Below are positions 8,150 to 15,475 of a DNA stretch of 32,000 nt, one piece after another. Each line of letters begins with the position of its first letter. Within the stretch, counting starts at the first letter, position 1. A model generated the notes under the pieces. The model made no database searches. It saw only the letters and a program-made list of their open reading frames with translations, and was not told the DNA's origin. Source of the DNA: Dickeya dadantii NCPPB 898 (lineage in GTDB: Bacteria > Pseudomonadota > Gammaproteobacteria > Enterobacterales > Enterobacteriaceae); contig NZ_CM001976.1 of assembly GCF_000406145.1 (NCBI RefSeq), positions 2,595,116 through 2,627,115 of the forward strand, written 5' to 3'. Both the position numbers and the translations under genes were made by a program.

Positions 8150-9199
8150 TTAAAACGTCGTCTTACCATACTGATAGCGGTAAAAACGGCGGTATTCCGG
8201 TTTCTGCGGGTTATCCGACGCCAGCGTTTTCTGCAACGATTTACCGCCGATCAGGCCGGTGATGCCGTAGGACAGCAGGCTGGTCTGCTTGTCCAACTGG
8301 CTGATCAGGTCGGTTTTCGCGCCGGCGGCAAGCTGGTCGAGATAACCGTTTTCAATCTGGCTCAACAGACGGGCCGATTGTTCCCAGTTGGGGTCGAACG
8401 ACACCAGCTGTTGCAAAAACGCGATCGGCGCCACGCCTTTGCCCTGATACAGCGCGGAGATTTCATCCTCTTTGCTGACCGGCGCCGAATGGCGGAAACC
8501 GGCCATCACCAGTTTGGCGCGTTTGGCCGGGCCGGCCTGTTTGCCCATCTGCTCGGTGATGAAGCGATACCAGCGGGAATCGAAGGCAAAACTGGAACGG
8601 GCGTCATAGCGAGCGCTGTACACCAGCGTGTCGAACACTTCCCGTCCGCCGAACCATTTGGTTTCCAGCTCGGCCAGAATCTGGGCGAGGGTTTTATCTT
8701 TGAGAATCGCATTAAACGCGTTGGTGTCCTTGTCGGAGTCCTGCTGCCCCTGCACCGGGTCCACCACCACCAGCCGGATGGTTTTTGCGTTGGCCCAGAC
8801 GCCGGCGGCCTGATTCCGCACCGCCAGATGATACAACTCGGCCAGAAACTCGGTTAAGCCGACCGCGGCCCCGCGGCTATGCCCGCCGACCACCAGTTGG
8901 TACTCCTTCAGCGTTTTCAGGTAATCCACCAGCGGGAACAGGCTGTCCAGCGTCACCACGCCGGCGCGGTCGTCATAACCGTTGACCTGATCGTAGAGCA
9001 CGCCCAGCGTTTCGCTCATATCCACAAAGCTGCCGCCCCAGCTGGCGCGTTTTGCCAGCGCCTGGGTTTTGGTCAGCATGGCGGCGGTGCCGATGCCGTC
9101 AATGGCGACCACGGCGCTGAAGCCGCTGATTTCGACGTTGGCGAGAAAATCCTGTTTGGTGGTGCCGGTGCCGCAGAACCAGATTAGTACTTTTTCCAT
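8150..9199 (-). CDS. plcA: Alpha/beta-hydrolase esterase/lipase, probably the PlcA-type extracellular phospholipase of E. chrysanthemi
   Basis: 349 aa (about 39 kDa) from ATG 9199-9197, preceded by AAGGAG with a 7-nt spacer. It starts MEKVLIWFCGTGTTKQDF... and has the nucleophile elbow GGHSRG. No signal peptide is evident. Identification as plcA is from remembered size and location, not from an alignment. Confidence 0.7.
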   Translation of the reverse strand: MEKVLIWFCGTGTTKQDFLANVEISGFSAVVAIDGIGTAAMLTKTQALAKRASWGGSFVDMSETLGVLYDQVNGYDDRAGVVTLDSLFPLVDYLKTLKEYQLVVGGHSRGAAVGLTEFLAELYHLAVRNQAAGVWANAKTIRLVVVDPVQGQQDSDKDTNAFNAILKDKTLAQILAELETKWFGGREVFDTLVYSARYDARSSFAFDSRWYRFITEQMGKQAGPAKRAKLVMAGFRHSAPVSKEDEISALYQGKGVAPIAFLQQLVSFDPNWEQSARLLSQIENGYLDQLAAGAKTDLISQLDKQTSLLSYGITGLIGGKSLQKTLASDNPQKPEYRRFYRYQYGKTTF

Positions 9200-9626
9200 G
9201 TCTAACTCCTTGGTTTTAAATCGATTAAGATCTGTGGTGTAGGCAATGTAGCGGGGCAAAGGCCGGCATGCTGAGTCAGAACAACGCGAATTCAGGCCGT
9301 AACGACGGCGAACAGGCCCGGACAAACACGCCAGAGAAAACAGGGAGGCCGGGAACGCTCGCGCCCGGATAAGCGGAATGAAGTCCATTGTCGACGGCAC
9401 AGGGCCTGCGACACCGCGTCCATTGCGATAACGGTTCAGTGCAGCGCCAACCTTCCACAACAACCTCTTAGCTGACTGGCGGCGCTGAACGAGTGCAGAC
9501 TACAGGATGGCGCTCGCCGGTTAACGTCGCGGAGGTTGTGTGGGCGCCCAGCGGGAAAATGCGGCCGAAAAAAGGGGGGATGATAAGCAGAGTGAACGGA
9601 GGAAAACACAGAACAGGCCCGGCTAT

Positions 9627-9668
9627 AACGGCGATAGAAAAACCAGGAACGGCGACAGAAAAACCGGG
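9627..9668. repeat. Tandem 21-bp direct repeat (2 copies, 19/21 identical)
   Basis: The two copies are AACGGCGATAGAAAAACCAGG (9627-9647) and AACGGCGACAGAAAAACCGGG (9648-9668), 84-125 nt upstream of the hydrolase GTG start. Confidence 0.9.
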
Positions 9669-9751
9669 CGGATCTGCGCCGGCGCAATACGGTGGGGTAT
9701 CCGCCGGCTTACACTGGCGGACAGCGTGCCGGGCAATCAGGAGCAATTCCC

Positions 9752-10912
9752 GTGAAAAGCTATCTTGAAAATGACGAACTGAATGAAACCTACCCGGCGC
9801 ATCCGTTTGCCTTGCGCTCGCAGGATGGGAACGCGACCCTGACCGGTCAGATCAACTATCCGCAGACGCCGGCGGGCGTGTATCCGCTGGTGGTGCTGGC
9901 GCCCGGCAGCGGCATGCACGACCGCCACTATCTGATCGGCGACAGCGGCACCCAGGCGGATTTTGTCTTTACCTGTCTGGCGCAGGACTTCCTGGCCGCC
10001 GGACTGGCGGTGCTGCGGTTCGATGGCCGCGGCGTCAAAGGCCACCTGCGCGATAAAACGCTGGATAACCCGGAATACCTGTTCAACCGCGAGCTGGCTT
10101 ATCGGCGGTTGTTTATCGATGCCGCCGTCCGGCAGACGGTGACCCCGCAAAGCCAATACGACGATCTCTACACGCTCTGTCAGTATGCCGTCGGGCTGCC
10201 GCACATCGACCGGCATAACCTTATTCTGCTGGGCCATTCCGAAGGCGCTATTAATATCAGCCGCATGGTGGCGCATTACCCGGTCGCCGCCAAAGCCCTG
10301 ATGCTGGTTTCACCGACCTTCTGCTCCATGAAGCAGTTGATGGAATGGCAGCTCATCCACCGCACCGTCGCCTGGCTTAAGGCGATTCCCCATACCGGCG
10401 ACCGGCTCACGCTGGAGGATCTAAAAAACGGATTCGGCCACAGCCCACTGGCGTTCCTGCAACCTATCAGTAGCCTGCTGCCCTATAAGGGATACTGGGA
10501 TGGGGTGGATTTCGACGGCATGACCGCCAGGCTGCAGGCCAGTTTCGAGCAGCAGCGCGACATCACCTTACGCCACGACGATCGGGAACCCTGGCCGGCC
10601 GACGCACCGTTCACCCAGTCATCCTATGCCTGGTGGAAACAGTGGTATCAGAATGAGACGCCGGAAATTGAGCATCTGGCACGCTGTCAAAGCCGGGTGC
10701 TCTGTTATTTCGGCATGATGGACACCCAGGTGAACGCCGCCGCCGAAGCGGCACGGTTCGAGCGCGTCAAACACCGCTTCCCGCATGTCGATATCACCCT
10801 GCTGCCGGACGTCGGGCATACTCTCGGCATCCACGGCCTGTTGGGGCCGATGACGACATCGTGCGCCGACCTGCTGGTACGAACGGCGCACGATATCGTG
10901 ACGGCGCGCTGA
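9752..10912 (+). CDS. Alpha/beta-fold hydrolase (serine hydrolase, unknown substrate)
   Basis: The ORF is open from 9692. I prefer GTG 9752 because AGGAG (9739-9743) sits 8 nt upstream. It has the nucleophile elbow LLGHSEG, candidate acid (GMMDTQ) and His (DVGHTLG) residues, and no obvious signal peptide. Confidence 0.75.
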   Translation: MKSYLENDELNETYPAHPFALRSQDGNATLTGQINYPQTPAGVYPLVVLAPGSGMHDRHYLIGDSGTQADFVFTCLAQDFLAAGLAVLRFDGRGVKGHLRDKTLDNPEYLFNRELAYRRLFIDAAVRQTVTPQSQYDDLYTLCQYAVGLPHIDRHNLILLGHSEGAINISRMVAHYPVAAKALMLVSPTFCSMKQLMEWQLIHRTVAWLKAIPHTGDRLTLEDLKNGFGHSPLAFLQPISSLLPYKGYWDGVDFDGMTARLQASFEQQRDITLRHDDREPWPADAPFTQSSYAWWKQWYQNETPEIEHLARCQSRVLCYFGMMDTQVNAAAEAARFERVKHRFPHVDITLLPDVGHTLGIHGLLGPMTTSCADLLVRTAHDIVTAR

Positions 10913-10922
10913 AGGTCGGCGT

Positions 10923-12236
10923 TTAACCACAGCGCAGCCGGTCAAGCAAGGCATGGTCGGGGTAGCCATCCGCCGGCAGCCCTTGCTGCTGCTGGTAGGT
11001 GCGGATCGCCTGCGTGGTGCCGCGGCCAATGTTGCCGTCGATAGCGCCCTGATACAGCTGTTTTTCCTGTAGCAGAATTTGCAGCGCCTCGCGCTCTTTG
11101 CGAGTTAACGGCGTTTCCTGACGCGGCCAGGGCTTGAGCACCGGCGTATCGTGCTGGTAGTTATCCGACAGCAGGCCAACGGTCAGCGCATAAGACAGGT
11201 AATTGTTATAGCGCAGGATAGCGCGGTAATTGGCCGTCACCAGAAACGCCGGGCCATTCTTGCCGACCGGCAGCAATATCGAGGCGTTCTCAGAAGACAG
11301 CGATGCCAGATCTCTGGGCACCGAGGCTCTCACCCCGAGCGCCTGCCAGTCGGCGACGGTTTTCTGGTTATCCAAACCGGAAAGGGAATAATCAAAACCG
11401 GCGGGCAGATTCACTTCAAACCCCCAGGGTACGCCCGCTTTCCACTTAGCCTGCTGCATATAGTTCGCCACCGACGCCAGCGTGTCCGGGAACGAGGTCC
11501 AGATATCGGGGCGGCGATCGCCGTCAAAATCCACCGCGTATTGCAGGTAAGAGGTCGGTATGAACTGCGGCATCCCCATCGCCCCGGCCCAGGACCCTTT
11601 TATCTGCTCTGGCCGTGCATCGCCGTTTTGAATCATGCGTAACGCGGCGATTAAATTCTGTCGGTTAAACGCCCGGCGATAATTGTAGTAATCCAGCGTG
11701 GCCAGCGAGCGAATCACCGCTTTATCGCCGGTGTTGGCGCCATAACCACTTTCGATGGAGAGAAAAGCGAACAGCAGCGGCGGTTCAACCTGATAGCGCT
11801 GCTCGATGCGGGCCGTCACCTTCGCGTATTGCTTAAGCAGCGTTTTCCCCTGCGTAATGTTCTCCGGCGTTACCCGTTGCTCAATATAGGTCCACACCGG
11901 CGTAACCAGCTCAGGCTGCTTTTGCGTGGCAGCCACGACATCGCTGTCCGGGGTAAAACCAGCAAACGCCTTATCAAAGGTGTCGGCTGTGATGCCCTGA
12001 GAAAGCGCCTGCTGACGCAGCGCGGCTTCCCACTGTTCAACGCTTTCGTCAGGCGTAGGCAGCCCCGCGGGCGCGTCAGTAATACCGTGCGATTTCAGCA
12101 AGCTATCAATATTCCGGCATTCGCCGGGCGGAGTAGGCCTGTGAGCGCATGAACTTAACAACCCGGCGCCTAGCACCACCACCAGCACCCTTGCCATCGA
12201 CATCATTGGTGATGTCTGCATTCTGTTATTGACCAT
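10923..12236 (-). CDS. Lytic murein transglycosylase lipoprotein (MltB-like) with a C-terminal peptidoglycan-binding domain
   Basis: 437-aa ORF with lipoprotein signal ...MARVLVVVLGAGLLSSC. The catalytic region is FLSIESGYGANTG (ES motif). A PG_binding_1-like tail follows: LQILLQEKQLYQGAIDGNIGRGTTQAIRTYQQQQGLPADGYPD. The start is uncertain, with Met codons at 12236, 12221, 12206, 12203 and 12197. Confidence 0.85.
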   Translation of the reverse strand: MVNNRMQTSPMMSMARVLVVVLGAGLLSSCAHRPTPPGECRNIDSLLKSHGITDAPAGLPTPDESVEQWEAALRQQALSQGITADTFDKAFAGFTPDSDVVAATQKQPELVTPVWTYIEQRVTPENITQGKTLLKQYAKVTARIEQRYQVEPPLLFAFLSIESGYGANTGDKAVIRSLATLDYYNYRRAFNRQNLIAALRMIQNGDARPEQIKGSWAGAMGMPQFIPTSYLQYAVDFDGDRRPDIWTSFPDTLASVANYMQQAKWKAGVPWGFEVNLPAGFDYSLSGLDNQKTVADWQALGVRASVPRDLASLSSENASILLPVGKNGPAFLVTANYRAILRYNNYLSYALTVGLLSDNYQHDTPVLKPWPRQETPLTRKEREALQILLQEKQLYQGAIDGNIGRGTTQAIRTYQQQQGLPADGYPDHALLDRLRCG

Positions 12237-12288
12237 TTGACTATTCCATCAGAGACAGAGACATGCCCAGGCCGGCCGGCACCCTTAT

Positions 12289-12318
12289 CATTACCGGGAT
12301 TATCGTTACCGGGATTAT
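12289..12318. repeat. Tandem 15-bp direct repeat (2 copies; 13-nt core TTACCGGGATTAT identical)
   Basis: The copies are CATTACCGGGATTAT (12289-12303) and CGTTACCGGGATTAT (12304-12318), 53-82 nt upstream of the transglycosylase ORF start. Confidence 0.9.
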
Positions 12319-12496
12319 GGTATGGGACCGGGCGTCGCCCTGGCAGCGAGCAATTCCTCTTACAGTAATAGTGCCGCAACGCGTGGGAATATACAGACAA
12401 CCGCTGACATAAGTGTCACTGACAGACGTTATCCGTAGTATTGCATGTGCTTTCGTAACGACGTATTGCCGCCTGCTTCTGCTCTCGTCACCGCAC

Positions 12497-13099
12497 TCAG
12501 TTGAGCGATAACATCTCCGTTTGTGGCAGCAGTTGCTCGACCGCCCGTTGCCAACTCAGCGTCATCACGCCCTGCGCGGTGATCAGTTTCAGGGTGTCCT
12601 GCGCCAGTGCGTCGTCGCTGCTGAGTTTCCAGCCCAGGTGGCTGTGCTCGGTGAGCCAGGCGGCGACATCCGCCTGGCTGTCGGGGTGACAATACAGCGT
12701 GCCGCGCCCTTCTCCGCCCTGTGTGCGCAGCAACTGACGCAACAGCGCAGGGTAACGTTCGGCGTCGGGCACCGCTTTGAGAATCTGGGTCATCGCGTCG
12801 GTCAGCAACTGGCCGCATCGCGCCACCAGCCAGTTTTCCATCTGCTCGCGTTCCTGCTGCCAGCCGCGCAGTATCTCATCCGCCTGCCGCCAGAATTGCT
12901 GTTCCGCCTGACCGGTAGCGACGGCGATGGCCTCGTGCGCCTGCTGGCGCGCTTCATCCAGCAACGCATCCGCCTGTTGCCGTGCTTCCGCCATTACCGC
13001 CAGCCCACGCTGATGCTGCTGCAATTGTTCAACCCGGATCAGTTCTGCTTCCTGCACATCCGTACCAGCCACCAGTTTTAAACACCGTCTGGTCAACAT
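12497..13099 (-). CDS. hrpE: HrpE (SctL; FliH/YscL-like ATPase stator/regulator)
   Basis: 200 aa with a coiled-coil, Gln/Ala/Glu-rich N-half (...QADALLDEARQQAHEAIAVATGQAEQQFWRQADEILRGWQQEREQ...). SD GGAGAGAGAG is upstream. It is the last gene of the hrpA operon order. Confidence 0.8.
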   Translation of the reverse strand: MLTRRCLKLVAGTDVQEAELIRVEQLQQHQRGLAVMAEARQQADALLDEARQQAHEAIAVATGQAEQQFWRQADEILRGWQQEREQMENWLVARCGQLLTDAMTQILKAVPDAERYPALLRQLLRTQGGEGRGTLYCHPDSQADVAAWLTEHSHLGWKLSSDDALAQDTLKLITAQGVMTLSWQRAVEQLLPQTEMLSLN

Positions 13100-13191
13100 A
13101 CTCTCTCTCCGTGATGTCGATGATGCTTACGATTGATAACTTACCGCCAATTGATAACTCACTATCAATATAGTTTAGATGGTAAATTATT

Positions 13192-13785
13192 TTATACTGA
13201 ACCGACCTCATGCCCCGCTGGGTTGCCGTCCGTCGCTTTCCAGATGATGGCATCGCACAGGCTGACGATACGGCTGGCGGGCAATGCCCCGCCCGGCGGC
13301 TGACCGGCGCCGTCGCGCCAGTCGCGCGGGTACAACAGTTGCAGCCGCGACCAACAGGCTTGCGGGAAGCGGCAGCGCAGGATAGTCAGCGCGTCCTGCT
13401 CCCGGTGCCGGTCAAACGTCAGCGTCGGCGGCAGCCACAGGCCGGGACGCAGCGCCTTCGCCAGTCGCCGGCACCAGACGGCCAGCGTCTCCGGCAGTTC
13501 GCCCGGCGTTTCGCGGCATACCGCCGCCATCAGCAGCAACACCTGGCGCCGCCGCCCCGCATCCAGTTGTCCGAGTTGCAGCAGCGCACTCTCCGGCGCG
13601 GGGGGAAGCACCTCGGCCACACCGAGACGACGGCGCATCGCGGTATGGTGCACCGGCGCCAGCGCCATCTCGTCCTCGCTGAAAACCGTCGCGTCCAGCC
13701 AGCTCGGGTCCGCTTGCCGCAGGCAGCCATAACACCACCAGCGGCTCCAGCGCAGGGCATCGTTGTCATCGGCTACACGTATCAT
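13192..13785 (-). CDS. hrpD: HrpD (SctK-position protein)
   Basis: 197 aa from ATG 13785-13783, 2 nt after the hrcJ stop (TGAGCATG). It starts MIRVADDNDALRWSRWWCYG... The track's longer 238-aa form would overlap hrcJ by 121 nt. Named by synteny. Confidence 0.7.
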   Translation of the reverse strand: MIRVADDNDALRWSRWWCYGCLRQADPSWLDATVFSEDEMALAPVHHTAMRRRLGVAEVLPPAPESALLQLGQLDAGRRRQVLLLMAAVCRETPGELPETLAVWCRRLAKALRPGLWLPPTLTFDRHREQDALTILRCRFPQACWSRLQLLYPRDWRDGAGQPPGGALPASRIVSLCDAIIWKATDGNPAGHEVGSV

Positions 13786-13787
13786 GC

Positions 13788-14573
13788 TCAGGCCCCCGCG
13801 TCCGGTTGCGCCGGTTTCCTGCGCGCCCGCTGTTGTTCCCACCAGGGCTTGCCGAAGCGCCAGCCCAGCACCCCGGCCAGCGCCAGCGCCAACAGGCCAG
13901 CCAGCCACTGCAGTTGCGTCATGGTCTGCGGCGTCAGTTGGAACGGCCCCAGCGACACGGTCGGAATATGGTCTTTGTACGGCTCCGCCGGCACAAACAC
14001 GATGGCCAGGTCTTTATCACTCTTGCCGGCCAGCCCCGGAATACTGCTGGCCACCATGCGGCGAATGCGCGGTTCGATACTGTCCGGCTCCAGCTCTGGC
14101 CGGTATTTGATGAATACCGCGGCGGATGCCGGTTGAATGGGTTCCCCCGGTGCAATACGCTCAGGCAACACAACATGAACCCGGGCCACCAGCACGCCGT
14201 CAATTTGCGTGAGTGTGGATTCCACTTCCTGAGACAAGGCATAAATGTAACGGGCGCGCTCTTCCAACGGCGTCGAGATCACACCGGTTTTCTGAAACAC
14301 CTGGCCCAGATTGGTGCGGGCCTGGCGGGGCAATCCCGCGGCGTTGAGAATATTGACCGCCCGTTCCATGTCTTTGACATCAATCAGAATGCTGACGCCG
14401 GTTTTCTCCGTGCGCTTTTCCGCCCCGATGTGATATCCCCCCAGCGCGGCGATCACTTCATTGGCATCGTTTTCGGAAAGACCGCGATGGAGTTCCACGC
14501 GATCGCCGCAGCCAACGATTAACATCGCCAGCAGCAGGGTCAGGAATCGGTGCAGGACGGATTTACTCATCAT
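13788..14573 (-). CDS. hrcJ: T3SS inner-membrane ring lipoprotein HrcJ (SctJ)
   Basis: 261 aa with lipoprotein signal MMSKSVLHRFLTLLLAMLIVGC. YscJ/FliF-family core: ...LSENDANEVIAALGGYHIGAEK...VARVHVVLPE. A C-terminal TM segment is present. Confidence 0.93.
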   Translation of the reverse strand: MMSKSVLHRFLTLLLAMLIVGCGDRVELHRGLSENDANEVIAALGGYHIGAEKRTEKTGVSILIDVKDMERAVNILNAAGLPRQARTNLGQVFQKTGVISTPLEERARYIYALSQEVESTLTQIDGVLVARVHVVLPERIAPGEPIQPASAAVFIKYRPELEPDSIEPRIRRMVASSIPGLAGKSDKDLAIVFVPAEPYKDHIPTVSLGPFQLTPQTMTQLQWLAGLLALALAGVLGWRFGKPWWEQQRARRKPAQPDAGA

Positions 14574-14656
14574 GGCGCCATTTATTGTGAGTTGTTGATG
14601 ATTGGATTAATCATGACTGGGTAATCATGATGTGTTGATTAAGGGTTTGATCCTGG

Positions 14657-15022
14657 CTATTGCAGGTTGGTCAGTTTTTCCAGGCTCTGGACGCTCTTGG
14701 CCACCACTTTGGCATTGAGCAAACTTTCCAGATAAAACGAGGACAGCGTCCGGGTAGCATCCATCACATCCTTCGGGTTATTGCTGTTGATGCTTTTACC
14801 TACCTGACGTTCCGCCTTCTGCAACAGGTTTTCCAGGTTATCGGATTTTTCCGCCAGCGCGCCCAGCCAGGCCTTGTTGTCCGCTGTCGGCGTTGCCGGC
14901 GCAGCGGGTTCCATCGCGGCGCTAAACCAGGTCACATCCGCTTGCGCAGGAATATCAACGCTGCGCGGTTCACCGTCGCCGATCGGTCCCTGAAGCTCAT
15001 TGACGCGGGTGATTTTCATCAT
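14657..15022 (-). CDS. hrpB: HrpB (SctI-position inner-rod-like protein)
   Basis: 121 aa from ATGATG 15022, with GAGGA 8 nt upstream. It starts MMKITRVNELQGPIG... The track's 133-aa version begins at a TTG inside the hrpA terminator U-tract. Confidence 0.75.
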   Translation of the reverse strand: MMKITRVNELQGPIGDGEPRSVDIPAQADVTWFSAAMEPAAPATPTADNKAWLGALAEKSDNLENLLQKAERQVGKSINSNNPKDVMDATRTLSSFYLESLLNAKVVAKSVQSLEKLTNLQ

Positions 15023-15054
15023 GAATCCGTTCCTCTTTGATGGATGTTCATCTG

Positions 15055-15084
15055 ACAAAAAAACCGGGGGGAACTTCCCCCCGG
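15055..15084 (-). terminator. Strong intrinsic terminator/attenuator between hrpA and hrpB
   Basis: Minus strand reads CCGGGGGG-aagtt-CCCCCCGG (15084-15064) followed by T7 (15063-15057), 22 nt after the hrpA stop. Confidence 0.82.
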
Positions 15085-15105
15085 TAGTCGACTACCTACA
15101 CAACA

Positions 15106-15309
15106 TCAGAACTGAATAGCTTTGGCCGCTTTCTGCCCGGAGTTCATGGCCTTGGTGGCTGAGTCCATCTGGCCGTCGGTGATTGAGCTGATAGCATCGG
15201 TTTTCATTTTCTGCTCCTGGGCTGCGGTGGTCATCGCCGTGGTCGATGCCATGGTTTTGTCCAGAGACTGCATGCCTGCCATTGCTGCTGCGTTAGAAAG
15301 TCCCATCAT
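15106..15309 (-). CDS. hrpA: Hrp pilus subunit HrpA
   Basis: 67-aa Ala/Thr/Met-rich protein: MMGLSNAAAMAGMQSLDKTMASTTAMTTAAQEQKMKTDAISSITDGQMDSATKAMNSGQKAAKAIQF. It is the first gene after a hrp box, with SD GGAG upstream. Confidence 0.9.
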   Translation of the reverse strand: MMGLSNAAAMAGMQSLDKTMASTTAMTTAAQEQKMKTDAISSITDGQMDSATKAMNSGQKAAKAIQF

Positions 15310-15393
15310 GATAGATATCTCCAGTTAACAATTAATTGATAAAGTGATTTCGCTATGAACTTTGCGACTTACACAGTCATCGTGTTCATAGAT

Positions 15394-15421
15394 TAAGTAG
15401 GAGATAATGCGAGGTGGTTCC
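15394..15421 (-). promoter_or_regulatory. HrpL-dependent hrp-box promoter of hrpA
   Basis: Minus strand reads GGAACC (15421-15416) - 15 nt - CTACTTA (15400-15394), with one mismatch in the -10 element, about 85 nt upstream of the hrpA ATG. Confidence 0.78.
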
Positions 15422-15475
15422 GAAAGATATTCACTTTTTTCCCCTGGTGGTGATAACAGGATACAGCCCGATAAA

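Noticed and set aside
9200-9463. N-terminal 88-codon extension of the plcA-like ORF (the track's 437-aa version)
   Set aside because: A strong AAGGAG SD sits 7 nt before ATG 9199, and the alpha/beta-hydrolase fold begins right there (KVLIWFCGTG). The extension is Arg/Cys-rich and has no clear signal peptide or SD.
9692-9751. Upstream GTG start for the GHSEG hydrolase
   Set aside because: There is no SD before 9692, whereas AGGAG precedes GTG 9752 at ideal spacing. It cannot be fully excluded without proteomic or TSS data.
9200-9751. Possibility that the long spacer encodes an rsmB-like, GGA-rich CsrA-sponge RNA
   Set aside because: I counted about 15 GGA triplets on the plus strand, against roughly 10 expected from composition. 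This is only a mild enrichment, and I saw no series of GGA-in-loop hairpins and no clear promoter or terminator. The region is kept only as a generic 'unexplained region' finding.
12203-12400. 65-aa minus-strand ORF containing NPGNDNPGND
   Set aside because: The peptide repeat is simply the translation of the 15-bp DNA tandem repeat. There is no SD, it overlaps the transglycosylase start, and its composition is not protein-like.
15023-15058. TTG start giving a 133-aa HrpB
   Set aside because: The TTG lies within the U-tract of the hrpA terminator. ATGATG at 15022 has a GAGGA SD.
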